Part shown: piece after piece, positions 31,730 to 44,446 of the stretch
Layout of the letters: the number at the start of each line of letters is the position of its first letter
Numbering within the stretch: the stretch's first letter is position 1
Assembly: GCA_963923955.1 (NCBI GenBank)
Contig: OZ000552.1
Coordinates: forward strand, 2,332,456 to 2,396,455
Length of the DNA stretch: 64,000 nt
Direction: 5' to 3'
DNA from: Gammaproteobacteria bacterium
GTDB lineage: Bacteria; Pseudomonadota; Gammaproteobacteria; Eutrophobiales; Eutrophobiaceae
Translations under genes and position numbers: made by a program
The notes under the pieces: generated by a model
Seen by the model: the letters and a program-made list of their open reading frames with translations, nothing else
Told to the model about the DNA's origin: nothing
The model's database searches: none

Positions 31730-31851
31730 TGCTATATTTCGGTTTTTCCCGGCAATTATGACATGCTGTTTTTAGCTGAGATTGATAACATGATAAGGGT
31801 TATCACGGCGAGGATAAACCTGTCTGTGTCTGCCTGTGCGTTGCGTGCTCA

Positions 31852-32616
31852 TCAACAGCCATCTATGGCCTTCCGCAGCCCGGTTAAAAATGCTCGAAGG
31901 GCGGGCGCGCCCTGCTGTGCCTGTTGCAGGCAGGCAGAGCCGATGATCACGCCATCGGCACCGGCTTGGATAACCGCCGCCGCCTGCCCGGCAGAGGAGA
32001 TGCCAAAGCCGGGCAGGATCGGGATGCAAATGCCCGCCTGTCGTAAGCTCGCTATTCTTTTTTCCAGATGCTTATCTAATTCAGCGCCGCTCCCGGTCTT
32101 GCCGGGCGCTGCCTGCAACATCACATAGCCGCCCCTTGTTGCTCGCGCACGGTCAATGTCTGCTTTCGGCATCTCAAATGCTATGAACGGTATGGGCGCA
32201 ACAGCGTCAGCCTCTATTGACGCCGCCGCTGCGATCAACTCTCCGGCATCGGCCCCGACACACAACAGGCCATCAAAGGCCGGACGAGGCCCGTCTATCA
32301 ATTCCTTAAGACGAATATTGTCATAGCCCATCACGACCATTGCCTGCCGCGCAAATTGGCTGCGCAACTTAGCCAAGGCCTTGCCGATGAAGGCTTGATC
32401 GATGCCTGCGGCCAGGGTTCTGCGCATAGAGCCGGCAACGACCGGGCCGTCCATCCAGGGATCATCCGTCGGGATGCCGACTTCAAAAACATCCACGCCG
32501 CAGTCCGCGTAGATGGCGGCAAGGTCAGCGGGAAGGGCGGGATCGCCAATCGGCAGATAACAGGTCAGCAGGGGCTTCTTTGATGCGGCCAGCGGGGTCA
32601 GTCTGTTAATCATCAT
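31852..32616 (-). CDS. trpA: Divergent stand-alone tryptophan synthase alpha-subunit homolog
   Basis: YLPIGDP, EVGIP.DDP..DGP (catalytic Glu and Asp positions), GFGIS and ADGVIIGSA; no trpB adjacent. Confidence 0.8.
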   Translation of the reverse strand: MMINRLTPLAASKKPLLTCYLPIGDPALPADLAAIYADCGVDVFEVGIPTDDPWMDGPVVAGSMRRTLAAGIDQAFIGKALAKLRSQFARQAMVVMGYDNIRLKELIDGPRPAFDGLLCVGADAGELIAAAASIEADAVAPIPFIAFEMPKADIDRARATRGGYVMLQAAPGKTGSGAELDKHLEKRIASLRQAGICIPILPGFGISSAGQAAAVIQAGADGVIIGSACLQQAQQGAPALRAFLTGLRKAIDGC

Positions 32617-32664
32617 CTGTCCCTGCTTTAACAGGCCACAATAAAACGACAAGAGCGATACGTA

Positions 32665-33426
32665 TTAGTCTATATCCAGCAATACCGGACAGTGATCAGA
32701 GCCCATGATCTCATTTAGGATGTCCGCATTTTTAACCCGCGCGGTCAGTGCCGGGGACAGCAGGAAATAATCAATCCTCCAGCCGATGTTCCGTTGCCGC
32801 GCCGCGGCGCGGTAACTCCACCAGCTATATTTTATTTCATGCGCTCGCTTATAACGGAAGGCATCGATGAAGCCTGCGGCAACAAGATTGTCCATGCCGT
32901 CAATCTCTTCCTGCATAAAACCGGCGCTCTTATTATAGTTGGCTTGGGGCCGGGCGAGATCAATCTCCTTGTGCGCAACGTTGAGATCGCCACAGACGAT
33001 CAGCGGCTTGTTCTCTTCCAGCTTTTTTAGATAGGCCAAAAAGGCCGCATCCCATCGCTGCCGATATGCCAGACGTTTTAATTCATTGCCGGAATTCGGG
33101 GTATAGACAGTGACCAGCATGAAGCGCTTGAACTCAGCGACGATCACTCGGCCCTCCTGGTCGTGTTCTGCAATGCCCATATCGACAGAGACGGCCAGCG
33201 GCTCTTCCCGAGTGAGGATGGCCGTTCCGGAATAGCCCTTTTTCAGCGCCGAGTTTGGATAGACATGGAAGCCGTGAATAGCGGCCAGGCTCTCAAGCAC
33301 CTGCTCATCTCGGGCCTTGGTCTCTTGCAGGCAGATGACATCGGGTTGCATCTTTTCAAGTGAATCAAGAAAGCCCTTTTTCATCACGGCGCGAATGCCG
33401 TTCACATTCCAGGAGACTAAACGCAT
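32665..33426 (-). CDS. xth: Exodeoxyribonuclease III / AP endonuclease
   Basis: [27 protein letters not shown] and SDHCP motifs. Confidence 0.95.
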   Translation of the reverse strand: MRLVSWNVNGIRAVMKKGFLDSLEKMQPDVICLQETKARDEQVLESLAAIHGFHVYPNSALKKGYSGTAILTREEPLAVSVDMGIAEHDQEGRVIVAEFKRFMLVTVYTPNSGNELKRLAYRQRWDAAFLAYLKKLEENKPLIVCGDLNVAHKEIDLARPQANYNKSAGFMQEEIDGMDNLVAAGFIDAFRYKRAHEIKYSWWSYRAAARQRNIGWRIDYFLLSPALTARVKNADILNEIMGSDHCPVLLDID

Positions 33427-33606
33427 ATTAAATATCCTAATTTGATTTGGTCAAAGAGCTTCCCGTGGCATAGGGAAGTGCCGCCTAATTCAATTACTAC
33501 AGATAAGTGTTGTACGGCCTCGCCAGAAGCCCCAGCCACTTGGTCTCCTCGCCCGGCCTGTTCAGCTGCGCTCATGAATTAATCCTCGGAGGTAAAAGAG
33601 AAGCAT

Positions 33607-33872
33607 TCATCTCGTAATATAACACAACATGATAGGCTGGAGGCGACCGGGCCGTGCCTTGTGATAGGCATGAGCTACGCTATCGAAGAGGCACCCAATA
33701 AAGCGATAAGCGTTTTCAGGTGAGTCTTCAGTGATATAATCCTGGATAACTTTCATATCAACCAGTGCCGGTTCGGTCCATTCAATTCGCATTATTCAAT
33801 AATCGCTGCTGCGCTTCTTCGTGTGGGACTGTGGGTTCTTCGTCAGCGGCCTTTAGTCCTGCTTCAACTTTT
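33607..33872 (-). pseudogene. Degraded ParE/RelE-type toxin-antitoxin pair
   Basis: Toxin N-terminus MRIEWTEPALVDMKVIQDYITEDSPENA then loses similarity. Upstream 33782-33872 encodes only an antitoxin-like C-terminus KVEAGLKAADEEPTVPHEEAQQRL, directly after a TAA. Confidence 0.7.
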
Positions 33873-33980
33873 TATTGTCGGCTTACAACGATTAGGGCCT
33901 TGGCCTGCGCCGTTGATCTGCACGACCAAGTACACTCCTGACCCGGAATGTGTTATATCTATGCCAGCCCGATTGATACG

Positions 33981-36179
33981 ATGATCTGCTTCTCAAATAA
34001 AAACCGGCCCTTTCATTATGGCTATTACCCGCTGGAGCGGCTTGCGCGGGATGAGCAGATCGGCGTGGCCGAGCGGCAGGCGGCCCGTCATACCAGGCCC
34101 GATGCGGCGCCCATTACAGATTCAAGTTATGCCCGGGCGGTGCAGAAGTATCATGAAATTTTTAAGGAATTTTGCCGGGGAGAGCCTGCGCCTGCAAAGG
34201 CCCCGGTGCCGAATGATCTGCAGCGGCGCATGATCGACATCAAGGGTGCCGGCTATTTCCTTGATGCGAGCCAGATCGGTATCTGCGCGCTGTCTCCTTC
34301 CTGCTGGTATGAAGGCGTACAGGCGGAGCAACATAGCCATGCCGTTGTCATCATGGCCGAATACGGCCGCCTCCCGGAGGCCGATAATCTTGCGCGCAAG
34401 TGGCTGCAAGGCGCTATCCATGCCACCGCCGAGATGCGCGCCTTTGAAGTGGCCGTCGGGCTCGCCAATCATATTCGAGCAATGGGCTTTCATGCGATCG
34501 CCCATGATGATGAGAACGAGCAGCTGGATGTGAACCGGCTCATCGTGCTGGCGGGGCTGGGCGTGCGTCGGCAGGATACGGTCGTTAATCCCTATCTCGA
34601 CACCGACTACGCGGTCGCCCTCGTTACAACGGATTATGCACTCAAGACGGACACGCCCCTGGCAAGGCGATCGATCAAGGGCAAAAATCTGGCGTACTGG
34701 CTGGGGCTTGGCGGTGCCACCTCAGGCCTGGAGCGCTGGCGCCGCGCCCGACGCGCCACGCATCTTAGCGATTATCCGATGGAGACGGTGAAACGCGTAG
34801 AGCGGCCGACCACCTTGATTCTGGATGATGAAGTGCCGCGGGTGCCAAAACGCGCCTCGTTCTTTGAACGCGCCATACATGGCGACCTGGGCGGCAAGGC
34901 GCAAAGAGAGCGCAGCCGCTTTTCCTTCAAGCATCCCTTTGCGAGTGCGATGCTCAAACAGATCCGCGCGATGGTGCCGCATCAAGATGGAGAAATCGCC
35001 GCACGGCCCACACCGGAATTTGGCGATGCAAAGGCGAATAGCAAAGCGATTAAGTCCCTGTCGTATGCTCTGGGTGCGCAGATAACCGGTATCTGCGAGC
35101 TGCCGGATTATGCCTGGTATTCACACAAGGAAGACGGCAGCGCGATCAGGCCCTATCATAAATACGCCGTGGTCAGCCTGATCGATCAAGGCTACGACAC
35201 CATGGAGGGCGCATCAGGCGATGACTTTATCTCCGGCGCCCAATCCATGCGCGCCTACATGCGCGGCGCCTTGATCGCCGGCATCATGGCCGATCACATC
35301 CGTGCCAACGGCCACTCGGCAAGGCCACAAACCAACGCCGACTCCCACATCCTCCACATCCCCGCGATTCTCATGGCGGGCTTAGGCGAGCTCAGCCGCA
35401 TTGGCGAGTTGGTGCTGAACCCCTTTCTCGGGCCGCGCTTTAAGACCATCGTCATGACCACCGACCTGCCGCTGCTGCCGGATAAGCCGGTTGATTTCGG
35501 CCTGCAATACTTCTGCTCCAACTGCCGTAAGTGCGCCAGAGAATGTCCCTGCGATGCCATCCCCTTTGGCGCCAAGGTCATGTTCAACGGCTACGAAATA
35601 TGGAAGCCGGATGTGGAACGCTGCACCCGTTATCGCCTGACCAACCAGCGCGGCCTTGCCTGCGGCCGCTGCATGAAGACCTGCCCCTTGAATAAAGTCG
35701 TCACCTGGGACGGGCCGATTGCCGAGCAGATCGCCAGCTGGTGCGGCATCCATGCCTTCTGGCTAAAACCCTTGCTGGTCCCCATTGCCGTCAGGCTTGA
35801 TGACCTGCTCGGGCACGGCGTCCGCAACCCGCTGAAGAAATGGTGGCTGGACCTAGAAATCGTTGACGGCATCTGCGTAGCACCGACCAAAGGAGTCAAT
35901 CAGCGTGATCTTAATATCACGCGCAAGATCGATGTCGGAAAACACAAAGTCGCCTACTACCACGCCAACATGATGCCGCCACCGAACACCTCCGGCATGG
36001 CGCAGCCGGTAGTGCGCAAAGAGGGATTGACCGCCGCTGAGCAGGTAGAGACTGTCGACGAGGCCCTGGTACGCCGCACCAAAGGCGAGGCCAAGCCACT
36101 GCACTACATCCCGACCCAGCCCCTGCCGCCGGAGCAGCTAAAGACTACAGATGTAGAACGATTTAATCCGTATCGCTAA
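33981..36179 (+). CDS. rdhA: Cobalamin/4Fe-4S reductive dehalogenase, catabolic (non-TAT) type
   Basis: FCSNCRKCARECP and CGRCMKTCP Fe-S motifs; AGLGELSR.GELVLNPFLGPRFK; duplicated N-terminal B12-like domain starting SNKNRPFHYG.YPLERLAR; no TAT signal. Confidence 0.85.
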   Translation: MICFSNKNRPFHYGYYPLERLARDEQIGVAERQAARHTRPDAAPITDSSYARAVQKYHEIFKEFCRGEPAPAKAPVPNDLQRRMIDIKGAGYFLDASQIGICALSPSCWYEGVQAEQHSHAVVIMAEYGRLPEADNLARKWLQGAIHATAEMRAFEVAVGLANHIRAMGFHAIAHDDENEQLDVNRLIVLAGLGVRRQDTVVNPYLDTDYAVALVTTDYALKTDTPLARRSIKGKNLAYWLGLGGATSGLERWRRARRATHLSDYPMETVKRVERPTTLILDDEVPRVPKRASFFERAIHGDLGGKAQRERSRFSFKHPFASAMLKQIRAMVPHQDGEIAARPTPEFGDAKANSKAIKSLSYALGAQITGICELPDYAWYSHKEDGSAIRPYHKYAVVSLIDQGYDTMEGASGDDFISGAQSMRAYMRGALIAGIMADHIRANGHSARPQTNADSHILHIPAILMAGLGELSRIGELVLNPFLGPRFKTIVMTTDLPLLPDKPVDFGLQYFCSNCRKCARECPCDAIPFGAKVMFNGYEIWKPDVERCTRYRLTNQRGLACGRCMKTCPLNKVVTWDGPIAEQIASWCGIHAFWLKPLLVPIAVRLDDLLGHGVRNPLKKWWLDLEIVDGICVAPTKGVNQRDLNITRKIDVGKHKVAYYHANMMPPPNTSGMAQPVVRKEGLTAAEQVETVDEALVRRTKGEAKPLHYIPTQPLPPEQLKTTDVERFNPYR

Positions 36180-36245
36180 TGGCAAAGAAAGTGCTTTACC
36201 ACCGACTTCGCCACTGCGGTGTATGGCCCTGCGCAGAATATTCCC

Positions 36246-36977
36246 TCAAAACGCAAGCCAGGCGCGATAGAGCAGACGGAGAGCAAATGCCGTCATGATG
36301 ATCTTAAAAATCATTCGAAACTTCTCTTCCGGGACGCTATTTGCCAGATGCTTGCCCAGCAGTGCGCCCGGGATGCCGGCGGCAATCGCTGCGATGATGA
36401 CCGGGAGGTAGGGCCTGAAATCAAAGCCGAAGCTGTAATAGCCGGCCAATTTGAATACATTCATGACTAACAGACTAATAGCCAAGGTGCCGGTTATCTG
36501 CATCTTCAGCAATTTCGTCCTGAGCATCAGCGGCTGCATCAATCCGCCGAATGAAAATAAGGATGATAAAAAGGCATGCACAACGCCTACGTAGAAAAAT
36601 GGATGGGAAAAGGACGGGCGCCAGTGAATGGCCGGCGCCCAGACTGTCGCTAAGATCATGCAGCCGATGACGCCGGCGATCACAAATTCTGGCAGGTTGA
36701 CATAGATGCCGGCCCCAAGGAGCGCGCCGACTAAGGCACCGATGATAAAGGGGCGGACAATAGACCAATCGGCATAGTTAAAGAAAAACAGGGAACGACC
36801 GACAGAAGTGCCTAATAAGGTGGCGCTGTGCATCGGCACCGCCGCGGAGATGGGCACAACAGAGGTTACGATTGCCAACATCAAAAAACCGCCGCCGACG
36901 GCAAAGGCCGCGCTGATGGCGGATGCGGCAAAGCTGCCGATGATGATCAACCAGGCAAGCGGATCGGTGAATGCCAT
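36246..36977 (-). CDS. TauE/SafE (TSUP) family membrane transporter
   Basis: About 8 TM helices; AFAVGGG motif. Confidence 0.8.
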   Translation of the reverse strand: MAFTDPLAWLIIIGSFAASAISAAFAVGGGFLMLAIVTSVVPISAAVPMHSATLLGTSVGRSLFFFNYADWSIVRPFIIGALVGALLGAGIYVNLPEFVIAGVIGCMILATVWAPAIHWRPSFSHPFFYVGVVHAFLSSLFSFGGLMQPLMLRTKLLKMQITGTLAISLLVMNVFKLAGYYSFGFDFRPYLPVIIAAIAAGIPGALLGKHLANSVPEEKFRMIFKIIMTAFALRLLYRAWLAF

Positions 36978-37145
36978 GCTTGTCTTAAGCAGGAAGCTTT
37001 GTTTAATTGGGTAGATTTTTCTATGCTAAAACAAGAGAAGGGCAGGTGATTACGTACCCGCCATTTGCGTGTGGCGCTGCTGCCCATTCAAGGGATTACT
37101 TTCGGATGACGCATGAATAATGCGAGTCGCGAGGCATGCTCACCA

Positions 37146-37634
37146 TCAGTACTCATAGCAGGTCGTTGTTGTAGTGCCCATTACTGTTTCTGTGGTGGTA
37201 CATGTTACCCACTTGTTACTTTCCCTTGCCCTCTCCCGCGCTTCAGCCTCGTCCCGTTCCTTTTGGTATCGCAACGTTTCCACGTGTATGCCATATTCCA
37301 CATCGGCGCTTAATCCCGGATGTTCCGGCCGGTTCAGGTTAATGGTGGAACTTCTATAGCACAGGGTCATCGGGTTGTTGGAATACGCTTCCGCCCCGCT
37401 CTGCCATCTGGCGCGTAAGCCCCTAATCGGATAACAGCCCTGTTCGTCTTTGTCTGCTGGACCATAGTTCAGCCAAACTGGCGTAACCCCAAGCACCTGG
37501 CCCGAACCCACCTCGTAAATCGTTGCGCCCGCAGGTTGCGATTTCACGTGCAGATAGTCACGTTGCGTTCTAACGTTATTAAGACAAGCGGTGAGCGTAA
37601 CGGCCAGCGAGATGACAATCAGAAGTTTAATCAT
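37146..37634 (-). CDS. Lipoprotein with PEGA-like domain
   Basis: LTAC lipobox; V.SQPAGATIY....LGVTP. Confidence 0.7.
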   Translation of the reverse strand: MIKLLIVISLAVTLTACLNNVRTQRDYLHVKSQPAGATIYEVGSGQVLGVTPVWLNYGPADKDEQGCYPIRGLRARWQSGAEAYSNNPMTLCYRSSTINLNRPEHPGLSADVEYGIHVETLRYQKERDEAEARERARESNKWVTCTTTETVMGTTTTTCYEY

Positions 37635-37927
37635 GATAAAGCCCTCTATTGTGATTTGATGACCGTCAAAGCGCCGAGCTGGTGGCTAAACAACCAGCGG
37701 AAAAGAAGGTTCCCGCTTATTCCAACACGTATTGTATTCGCGGGCAGCCCAGCATAGGCTTATCCGCTGCGTTGTTTAGCTGCTAAGTAGTATGCCTGGA
37801 ATTAGGAAAAAGGGAAATACAATTTAGGGACATAGGAAATTCCGATAAAACTCTTGCTATTGTTAATCTCCCTGACTCTTTTGATGATAGAGTGAGAAAT
37901 CGGCTTTGTCTTAAGAAACTTGAGAAC

Positions 37928-38200
37928 CTAGGACTTGGACAGGTTTTTTCGTTTAATTCGCTTGTGAATGTTGTTCTGCTTATAGTCGAGCTCCGCATCC
38001 AATTCCACCATCTCAAACGAAATGGCCAGTGTACGCCTGGAATATAAGGGCTGTAGATACTCGGTCAAGGCCGCAAACAGCTTATCCGCCGCATCTTTCC
38101 TGAGCGCCATGCTGCGTCCATGCCCAATCCTCGCGCTCAGGTGGACAAAGCCGTACTCCTCATCGCCATCTGCAATCAGATAATCCTCGCAGCGCAGCGC
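37928..38200 (-). pseudogene. hpaF: 5'-truncated 5-carboxymethyl-2-hydroxymuconate isomerase
   Basis: YLIADGDEEYGFVHLSARIGHGRS...LAISFE...YKQNNIH matches the C-terminal two-thirds of HpaF/HpcD; no N-terminus. Confidence 0.75.
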
Positions 38201-38217
38201 CGGCAGACACCGCAGCC

Positions 38218-38328
38218 CGTCCTGGGCGGTGCCTGATACGGTGGCCGGTGAAAAGCCTGCTCCAGCGCCTGCCTGTGCCCCTTGTAGTTCAAGGCCACGC
38301 AGATGACTTCACTGGCCTCATGTAGCAT
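38218..38328 (-). pseudogene. hpaG: N-terminal stub of HpaG isomerase/decarboxylase
   Basis: MLHEASEVICVALNYKGHRQALEQAFHRPPYQAPPRT resembles the HpaG N-terminus (VALN...AF..PPY.APP.T), then abuts the hpaF fragment. Confidence 0.7.
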
Positions 38329-38379
38329 CTTTGCAGTAAGATTTTTAGTCACTTAAGGCAAGCCCTGAAGGAGTCCATC

Positions 38380-39156
38380 TTAGGACTTATTCTTAAAGGC
38401 ATCCGCCAAGGCCCTGGCGCTGTTGCCCAGCAGCATGGTATCAACTCCTACCGCAACAAAACCCGCGCCCTGGTCAATATAATGTCTTGCCTGAGCCGGA
38501 TCCAGCGCAAGTATGCAGGCCGCCTTGCCGGCCTTGACGATCCTCTCGATCGCATCGTCTATCACCGCCACGACCTCTGGATGCTGCGGCTGCCCCACAT
38601 GACCCATCGATGCAGATAAGTCAGACGGCCCGATAAATACGCCATCAACGCCTTCTACCTGGACGATTGCATCCAGATTCTCTATTGCCGTTGTCGTCTC
38701 GGCCTGCACCAATAGACAGACTTCCTCATTGGCGCGAGCGGTATAATCAGGCACCGCATTCCAGCGCGCCGCCCGGGCAATGGAACTGCCCATGCCGCGC
38801 ATACCGGCAGGCGGATAGCGCATCGCCCGCACGAGTGCCTGCGCCTGCTCGGCGCTATTAACCATCGGGATCAACAAGGTCTGTGCGCCAAAATCCAGCA
38901 GTTGTTTTATCAGATTGCTGTCACCCGTAACCGCCCGCACGATGGGATGCACATCATAGGCGGCCACGGCCTGCAGATAGGTATAGATAGCGCGCATATC
39001 AAATGGCGCATGCTCGCCATCCAGCACCAGACAATCAAAGCCGGCACCGGCACAGATCTCGGCACTGGTCGTATCCGGGATACCGGCCCACAGACCGATC
39101 TGCATCCGGCCTGCGGAGATCGCCTGCTTAAAGCTGTTGCTCGCCAAGTCCATCAT
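38380..39156 (-). CDS. hpaI: 4-hydroxy-2-oxoheptanedioate aldolase
   Basis: LDGEHAP, IKQLLDFGAQTLLIPMV and VFIGPSDLSAS motifs. Confidence 0.9.
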   Translation of the reverse strand: MMDLASNSFKQAISAGRMQIGLWAGIPDTTSAEICAGAGFDCLVLDGEHAPFDMRAIYTYLQAVAAYDVHPIVRAVTGDSNLIKQLLDFGAQTLLIPMVNSAEQAQALVRAMRYPPAGMRGMGSSIARAARWNAVPDYTARANEEVCLLVQAETTTAIENLDAIVQVEGVDGVFIGPSDLSASMGHVGQPQHPEVVAVIDDAIERIVKAGKAACILALDPAQARHYIDQGAGFVAVGVDTMLLGNSARALADAFKNKS

Positions 39157-39206
39157 TCACACTCATAGAAAATTCTTAACAGACCCTGCTCAGATCAGGG
39201 CTTGCC

Positions 39207-40010
39207 TCAAACAAAGTGGCAGCTAATATTGCCCAAAGGCCCATAGTCGGCATGGAAGGTATCGCCGGCGCGGGCGATGACGGGGCGAGTGAAGGAGCCC
39301 GCTAACAGGACCTGCCCCGGCTGCAGCACAATGCCATGCGGCGCGAAGCGTTTTGCTATCCAGCAGATGCCGTTGGCAGGATGATTGAGCACACCGGCGG
39401 CCAAGCCGGTCTCTTCGATCACCCCGTTGCGGTATAACAATGCGCCGACCCAGCGCAGATCCACATCCAGGGGTCTTATCGGACGGCCGCCCATGATGAT
39501 TCCGGCACTGGCTGCGTTATCAGCAATGGTGTCGAACACCTTTCTCACATAACCCGTCTCCGGATGCACCCGGTAGCTGCGCGCAGCAATCAACTCCAGC
39601 GCCGGGATCACATAATCCGTTGCATTCATGACATCAAAGATAGTCACATGCTCGCCCGCCAGGCTGTCTTTGAGTATGAAGGCCAACTCGACCTCCACCC
39701 GCACATCCGTGAAGCGGGCTGCTTCGATAGCGGCGCCGTCGGCAAAGAACATATCATCCAACAAGGTGCCGTAATCCGGTTCATCAATCTGCGAGCTCAT
39801 CTGCATCGCCCGTGAGGTCAGGCCGATCTTGTAGCCCTTCAACGCGCGCCCTTCGGCTATCTTCATCTCCATCCAGGCCCTTTGTATGGCATAGGCATCT
39901 TCCAGGTTCATCTCCGGGTGCAGCACCGTTGTCGCACTAATCTGCGCACGATTCTTCTCCGCCCTGTGCAGGCTCAATGCAAGTGCTTTGATGTCGTCTT
40001 GTGCTAACAT
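39207..40010 (-). CDS. hpaH: 2-oxo-hept-4-ene-1,7-dioate hydratase
   Basis: [26 protein letters not shown] and LAGSFTRP motifs. Confidence 0.93.
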   Translation of the reverse strand: MLAQDDIKALALSLHRAEKNRAQISATTVLHPEMNLEDAYAIQRAWMEMKIAEGRALKGYKIGLTSRAMQMSSQIDEPDYGTLLDDMFFADGAAIEAARFTDVRVEVELAFILKDSLAGEHVTIFDVMNATDYVIPALELIAARSYRVHPETGYVRKVFDTIADNAASAGIIMGGRPIRPLDVDLRWVGALLYRNGVIEETGLAAGVLNHPANGICWIAKRFAPHGIVLQPGQVLLAGSFTRPVIARAGDTFHADYGPLGNISCHFV

Positions 40011-40052
40011 GCTATTTTCTTCATCCTTCAGCTTCCGCTTTCGTGTGTGTTC

Positions 40053-41135
40053 TTAAATACAATTTTTCAAGGCAGCTAACAGCGCCTTATTTTCTTCTTG
40101 TTTGCCAATGGTAATGCGCAGGCAGTTGTTCAACATTGCATGGGCGGCATGTAAGTTTTTGACCAATATCCCCTGTCTTTTTAGTTTCTCATACACCTCA
40201 TCGGCACCGCGGTTTTCCATCCTCAGCAAGAGGAAATTCGCCGCACTCGGCCAGACCCTCACCCCAGGCAGGGCAGCTAAATCTTCGAACATCCTGTCGC
40301 GGTCGGCACAGAGCCGCGCCGCCTGTTCATTGAGTACCTCAATGTGCTTGAGAATAAAGGCAACGCTGGTCTGCGTCAGGACGCCGATATTGTACGGCAT
40401 CCTCAATTTTTCAAATTCGCTCACCCAGGCGGGATGCCCGGCCAGAAAGCCCAGACGCAGCCCCGCCAGGCCCAGCTTGGATAAGGTGCGCATGACCATC
40501 AGATTTTCATATTTTTTAAGCAGCGGCATAAAGCTCCTCTTTGCAAAGGCCTGATAGGCCTCATCCAGCACAACGATACCGGGCGCTTGTTCGATTACTT
40601 CACTAATCGCCGCCGTATCAAACAGATTGCCGGTGGGGTTATTCGGCCAGGCCAGGAAGATAATGCTCGGCTGATGCTGCGTGATGGCGGCCAGGGTCGC
40701 CTCCAGATCAAAAGAAAAATCATCCGCCCGCAGCGGCACACCAACGAACTGCGCCGCCACAATCTGCGTTGCCATCTTGTACATGGCGAAGCTGGGCTCA
40801 GGCGTCATGACCACCAGGCCCGGCCGTGCCATGCTCAGAACAAGCAGTTGAATGATCTCATCCGAACCATTCCCCAGTAGCAGTTGCGCGCCCTCCGGTA
40901 CCGCAAAGACGGCACCTAGCTGCTGTTTCAGTGCTTGGGCGTCGGCATCGGGATAGCGATTGATCGCGGCCGCGGCCAGCTCAGCAAGCCAGGCCTGTCT
41001 TAAGTCCTCAGGCCAGTGGTAGGGATTCTCCATCGCATCGAGCTTGATCAGGCCGGCAGAGGACGGCACCTGATAGGCGGACATGGACTGCACGGTGGGC
41101 TGTATCAGGCGCTTGATCTGCGCGCGCGTATTCAT
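40053..41135 (-). CDS. hisC: Histidinol-phosphate aminotransferase
   Basis: GNGSDE, PNNPTG, DEAY and [13 protein letters not shown]; his operon context. Confidence 0.95.
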   Translation of the reverse strand: MNTRAQIKRLIQPTVQSMSAYQVPSSAGLIKLDAMENPYHWPEDLRQAWLAELAAAAINRYPDADAQALKQQLGAVFAVPEGAQLLLGNGSDEIIQLLVLSMARPGLVVMTPEPSFAMYKMATQIVAAQFVGVPLRADDFSFDLEATLAAITQHQPSIIFLAWPNNPTGNLFDTAAISEVIEQAPGIVVLDEAYQAFAKRSFMPLLKKYENLMVMRTLSKLGLAGLRLGFLAGHPAWVSEFEKLRMPYNIGVLTQTSVAFILKHIEVLNEQAARLCADRDRMFEDLAALPGVRVWPSAANFLLLRMENRGADEVYEKLKRQGILVKNLHAAHAMLNNCLRITIGKQEENKALLAALKNCI

Positions 41136-42442
41136 GTCGAGAACTTGTTTTTCATTCGCAACTCGGCCGAGCGTGCATGCGCGCTCAGGCCCTCTGCGCG
41201 CGCAAGCTCTGCGGCGATGGCGGCTAATGATGCCACGGAGGATGCCGAGCAGCCGATGATGGAGGAGCGTTTCTGAAAATCATACACCCCGAGCGGGGAA
41301 GAAAAGCGCGCACTGCCCCCGGTCGGCAGCACATGGCTCGGCCCGGCACAATAATCCCCTATCGCCTCAGCAGCATGATGCCCCATAAAGACAGCACCGG
41401 CATGCCGCACCTCTGCGAGCAGCGCCTCCGGGGCAGCAACGGATAATTGCAGGTGCTCCGGTGCGAGCCGGTTGATCAGCGCAATGCCCTCCTCCAGATC
41501 CCGCACCTTGATAAGGGCGCCGTTGCGCCCCAGTGAGCCTTCAATGATCGCCTTTCTCTGCATGGTCGGCAGAAGCCTTGCCATGCTCTGCTTGACCGAC
41601 CGGATGAAGGCATCATCATTACAGACCAATATGGCGCGGGCATCTTCATCATGCTCGGCCTGGGCGAAGAGATCCATGGCCACCCAGTCCGGGTCGCCGC
41701 TGCCATCGCTCAAGATCAATACCTCCGATGGCCCGGCGAGCATGTCAATGCCGACCCGGCCGAAGACCAGTCTCTTTGCCGCCGCCACATAGCGATTGCC
41801 GGGCCCGACGATCTTATCCACCGCCGGAACCGTCTCGGTGCCATAGGCCAGAGCCGCGATGGCCTGGGCGCCGCCGATGGAAAATACCCGGTCAACGCCT
41901 GCGACACTGGCAGCGGCCAGCACCAGGGGAGCCAGCTCGCCGCCTGGCGCCGGCACCACCATGACGATCTCCTGCACCCCGGCGACCACCGCCGGGATGA
42001 CATTCATGAGCACGGATGAGGGATAGGCGGCCTTGCCGCCGGGGACATAGACGCCGACCCTATCCAGCGCCAGCACCCGCTGCCCGAGGGTGTTGCCCGC
42101 ATCGTCCTCATAGGACCATGAGCGGACCAACTGGTGCTCATGGTAGCTGCGAATGCGCCGGGCGGCCTGCTCCAGGGCCTTGCGTAAGGAAGGCGGGATC
42201 TTCGCCAATGCCGCCTCTAGCTCGGCAGTGGCTATCTCCAGTTGATCAGCCCTTGCCTCGCGCTGATCAAAACGCTGCGTGTATTCAATCACGGCCGCAT
42301 CGCCGCGTTGCCTGACATCCTGCAGAATGTTGAGCACAACCCGGTCCAGAGCTTCATCCGGCCCGGCGCTGGATGACAGCAGCGCCTCCAGGCCCACAGA
42401 GAAATCCGCGCTGCTACTATCCAGCTGCCGTATGCCGATCAT
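41132..42442 (-). CDS. hisD: Histidinol dehydrogenase
   Basis: YVPGGKA.YPSS, GPGN.YV, QAEHD, APEHL and GPSHVLPT motifs. Confidence 0.97.
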   Translation of the reverse strand: MIGIRQLDSSSADFSVGLEALLSSSAGPDEALDRVVLNILQDVRQRGDAAVIEYTQRFDQREARADQLEIATAELEAALAKIPPSLRKALEQAARRIRSYHEHQLVRSWSYEDDAGNTLGQRVLALDRVGVYVPGGKAAYPSSVLMNVIPAVVAGVQEIVMVVPAPGGELAPLVLAAASVAGVDRVFSIGGAQAIAALAYGTETVPAVDKIVGPGNRYVAAAKRLVFGRVGIDMLAGPSEVLILSDGSGDPDWVAMDLFAQAEHDEDARAILVCNDDAFIRSVKQSMARLLPTMQRKAIIEGSLGRNGALIKVRDLEEGIALINRLAPEHLQLSVAAPEALLAEVRHAGAVFMGHHAAEAIGDYCAGPSHVLPTGGSARFSSPLGVYDFQKRSSIIGCSASSVASLAAIAAELARAEGLSAHARSAELRMKNKFST

Positions 42443-43083
42443 CCCTGCACCGCCTCAGCCAACTGCGCGATAAGGGGTCTTATCAGCGCGCCTTTCATCT
42501 TCATGGCCGCCTTGTTCACCACCAGCCGGGCGCTGATCGCGCGGATGAGTTCCAAAGGCACCAGGCCGTTTGCCTGCAAGGTATTGCCGGTATCCACCAG
42601 ATCGATAATCTGATCGGCAAGGCCCAGCACCGGCCCCAGTTCCATCGAGCCGTATAATTTTATGAGCTCCACCTGCCGGCCCTGCGCCGCAAAGTAATCG
42701 CGCGCGGTCTTGACATACTTGGTCGCGATTCGCAGGCGACCATTGATTGTGCCCGGCTGCTGCGAGCCTTGCTGCGGCCCGGCCAGCATCAGCCGGCAAG
42801 GGGCGATGCGCAGATCCAGCGGCTCATACAGGCTGTCCGAATCGGCCTCCAACAAAGTATCCTTCCCGGCGATGCCCACATCGGCCGCGCCATAGGCGAC
42901 ATAGGTCGGCACGTCTGCTGCGCGGATGATCACCAGCCGGATGTCGGGCCGACTGGTTTCCAAGATAAGCCGGCGTGAGCGCGTCAGGTCTTCGGTGGGA
43001 CTAAGCCCGATCTCTGCCAGCAAGGGCAGGCCATCTTCCAGGATACGGCCTTTTGAGATGGCGATGGTTAGTTGTGCGGACAT
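42439..43083 (-). CDS. hisG: ATP phosphoribosyltransferase (short form)
   Basis: [23 protein letters not shown] and DLVDTG.TL motifs. Confidence 0.95.
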   Translation of the reverse strand: MSAQLTIAISKGRILEDGLPLLAEIGLSPTEDLTRSRRLILETSRPDIRLVIIRAADVPTYVAYGAADVGIAGKDTLLEADSDSLYEPLDLRIAPCRLMLAGPQQGSQQPGTINGRLRIATKYVKTARDYFAAQGRQVELIKLYGSMELGPVLGLADQIIDLVDTGNTLQANGLVPLELIRAISARLVVNKAAMKMKGALIRPLIAQLAEAVQG

Positions 43084-43130
43084 CTTGCAGATTACAGCAG
43101 AGTTGAAATTGACCAAAAGATAAAAATTGA

Positions 43131-44420
<1,290 letters not shown>

Positions 44421-44446
44421 CTAGCCTGCGCGCCGAGAGGTCGGCC

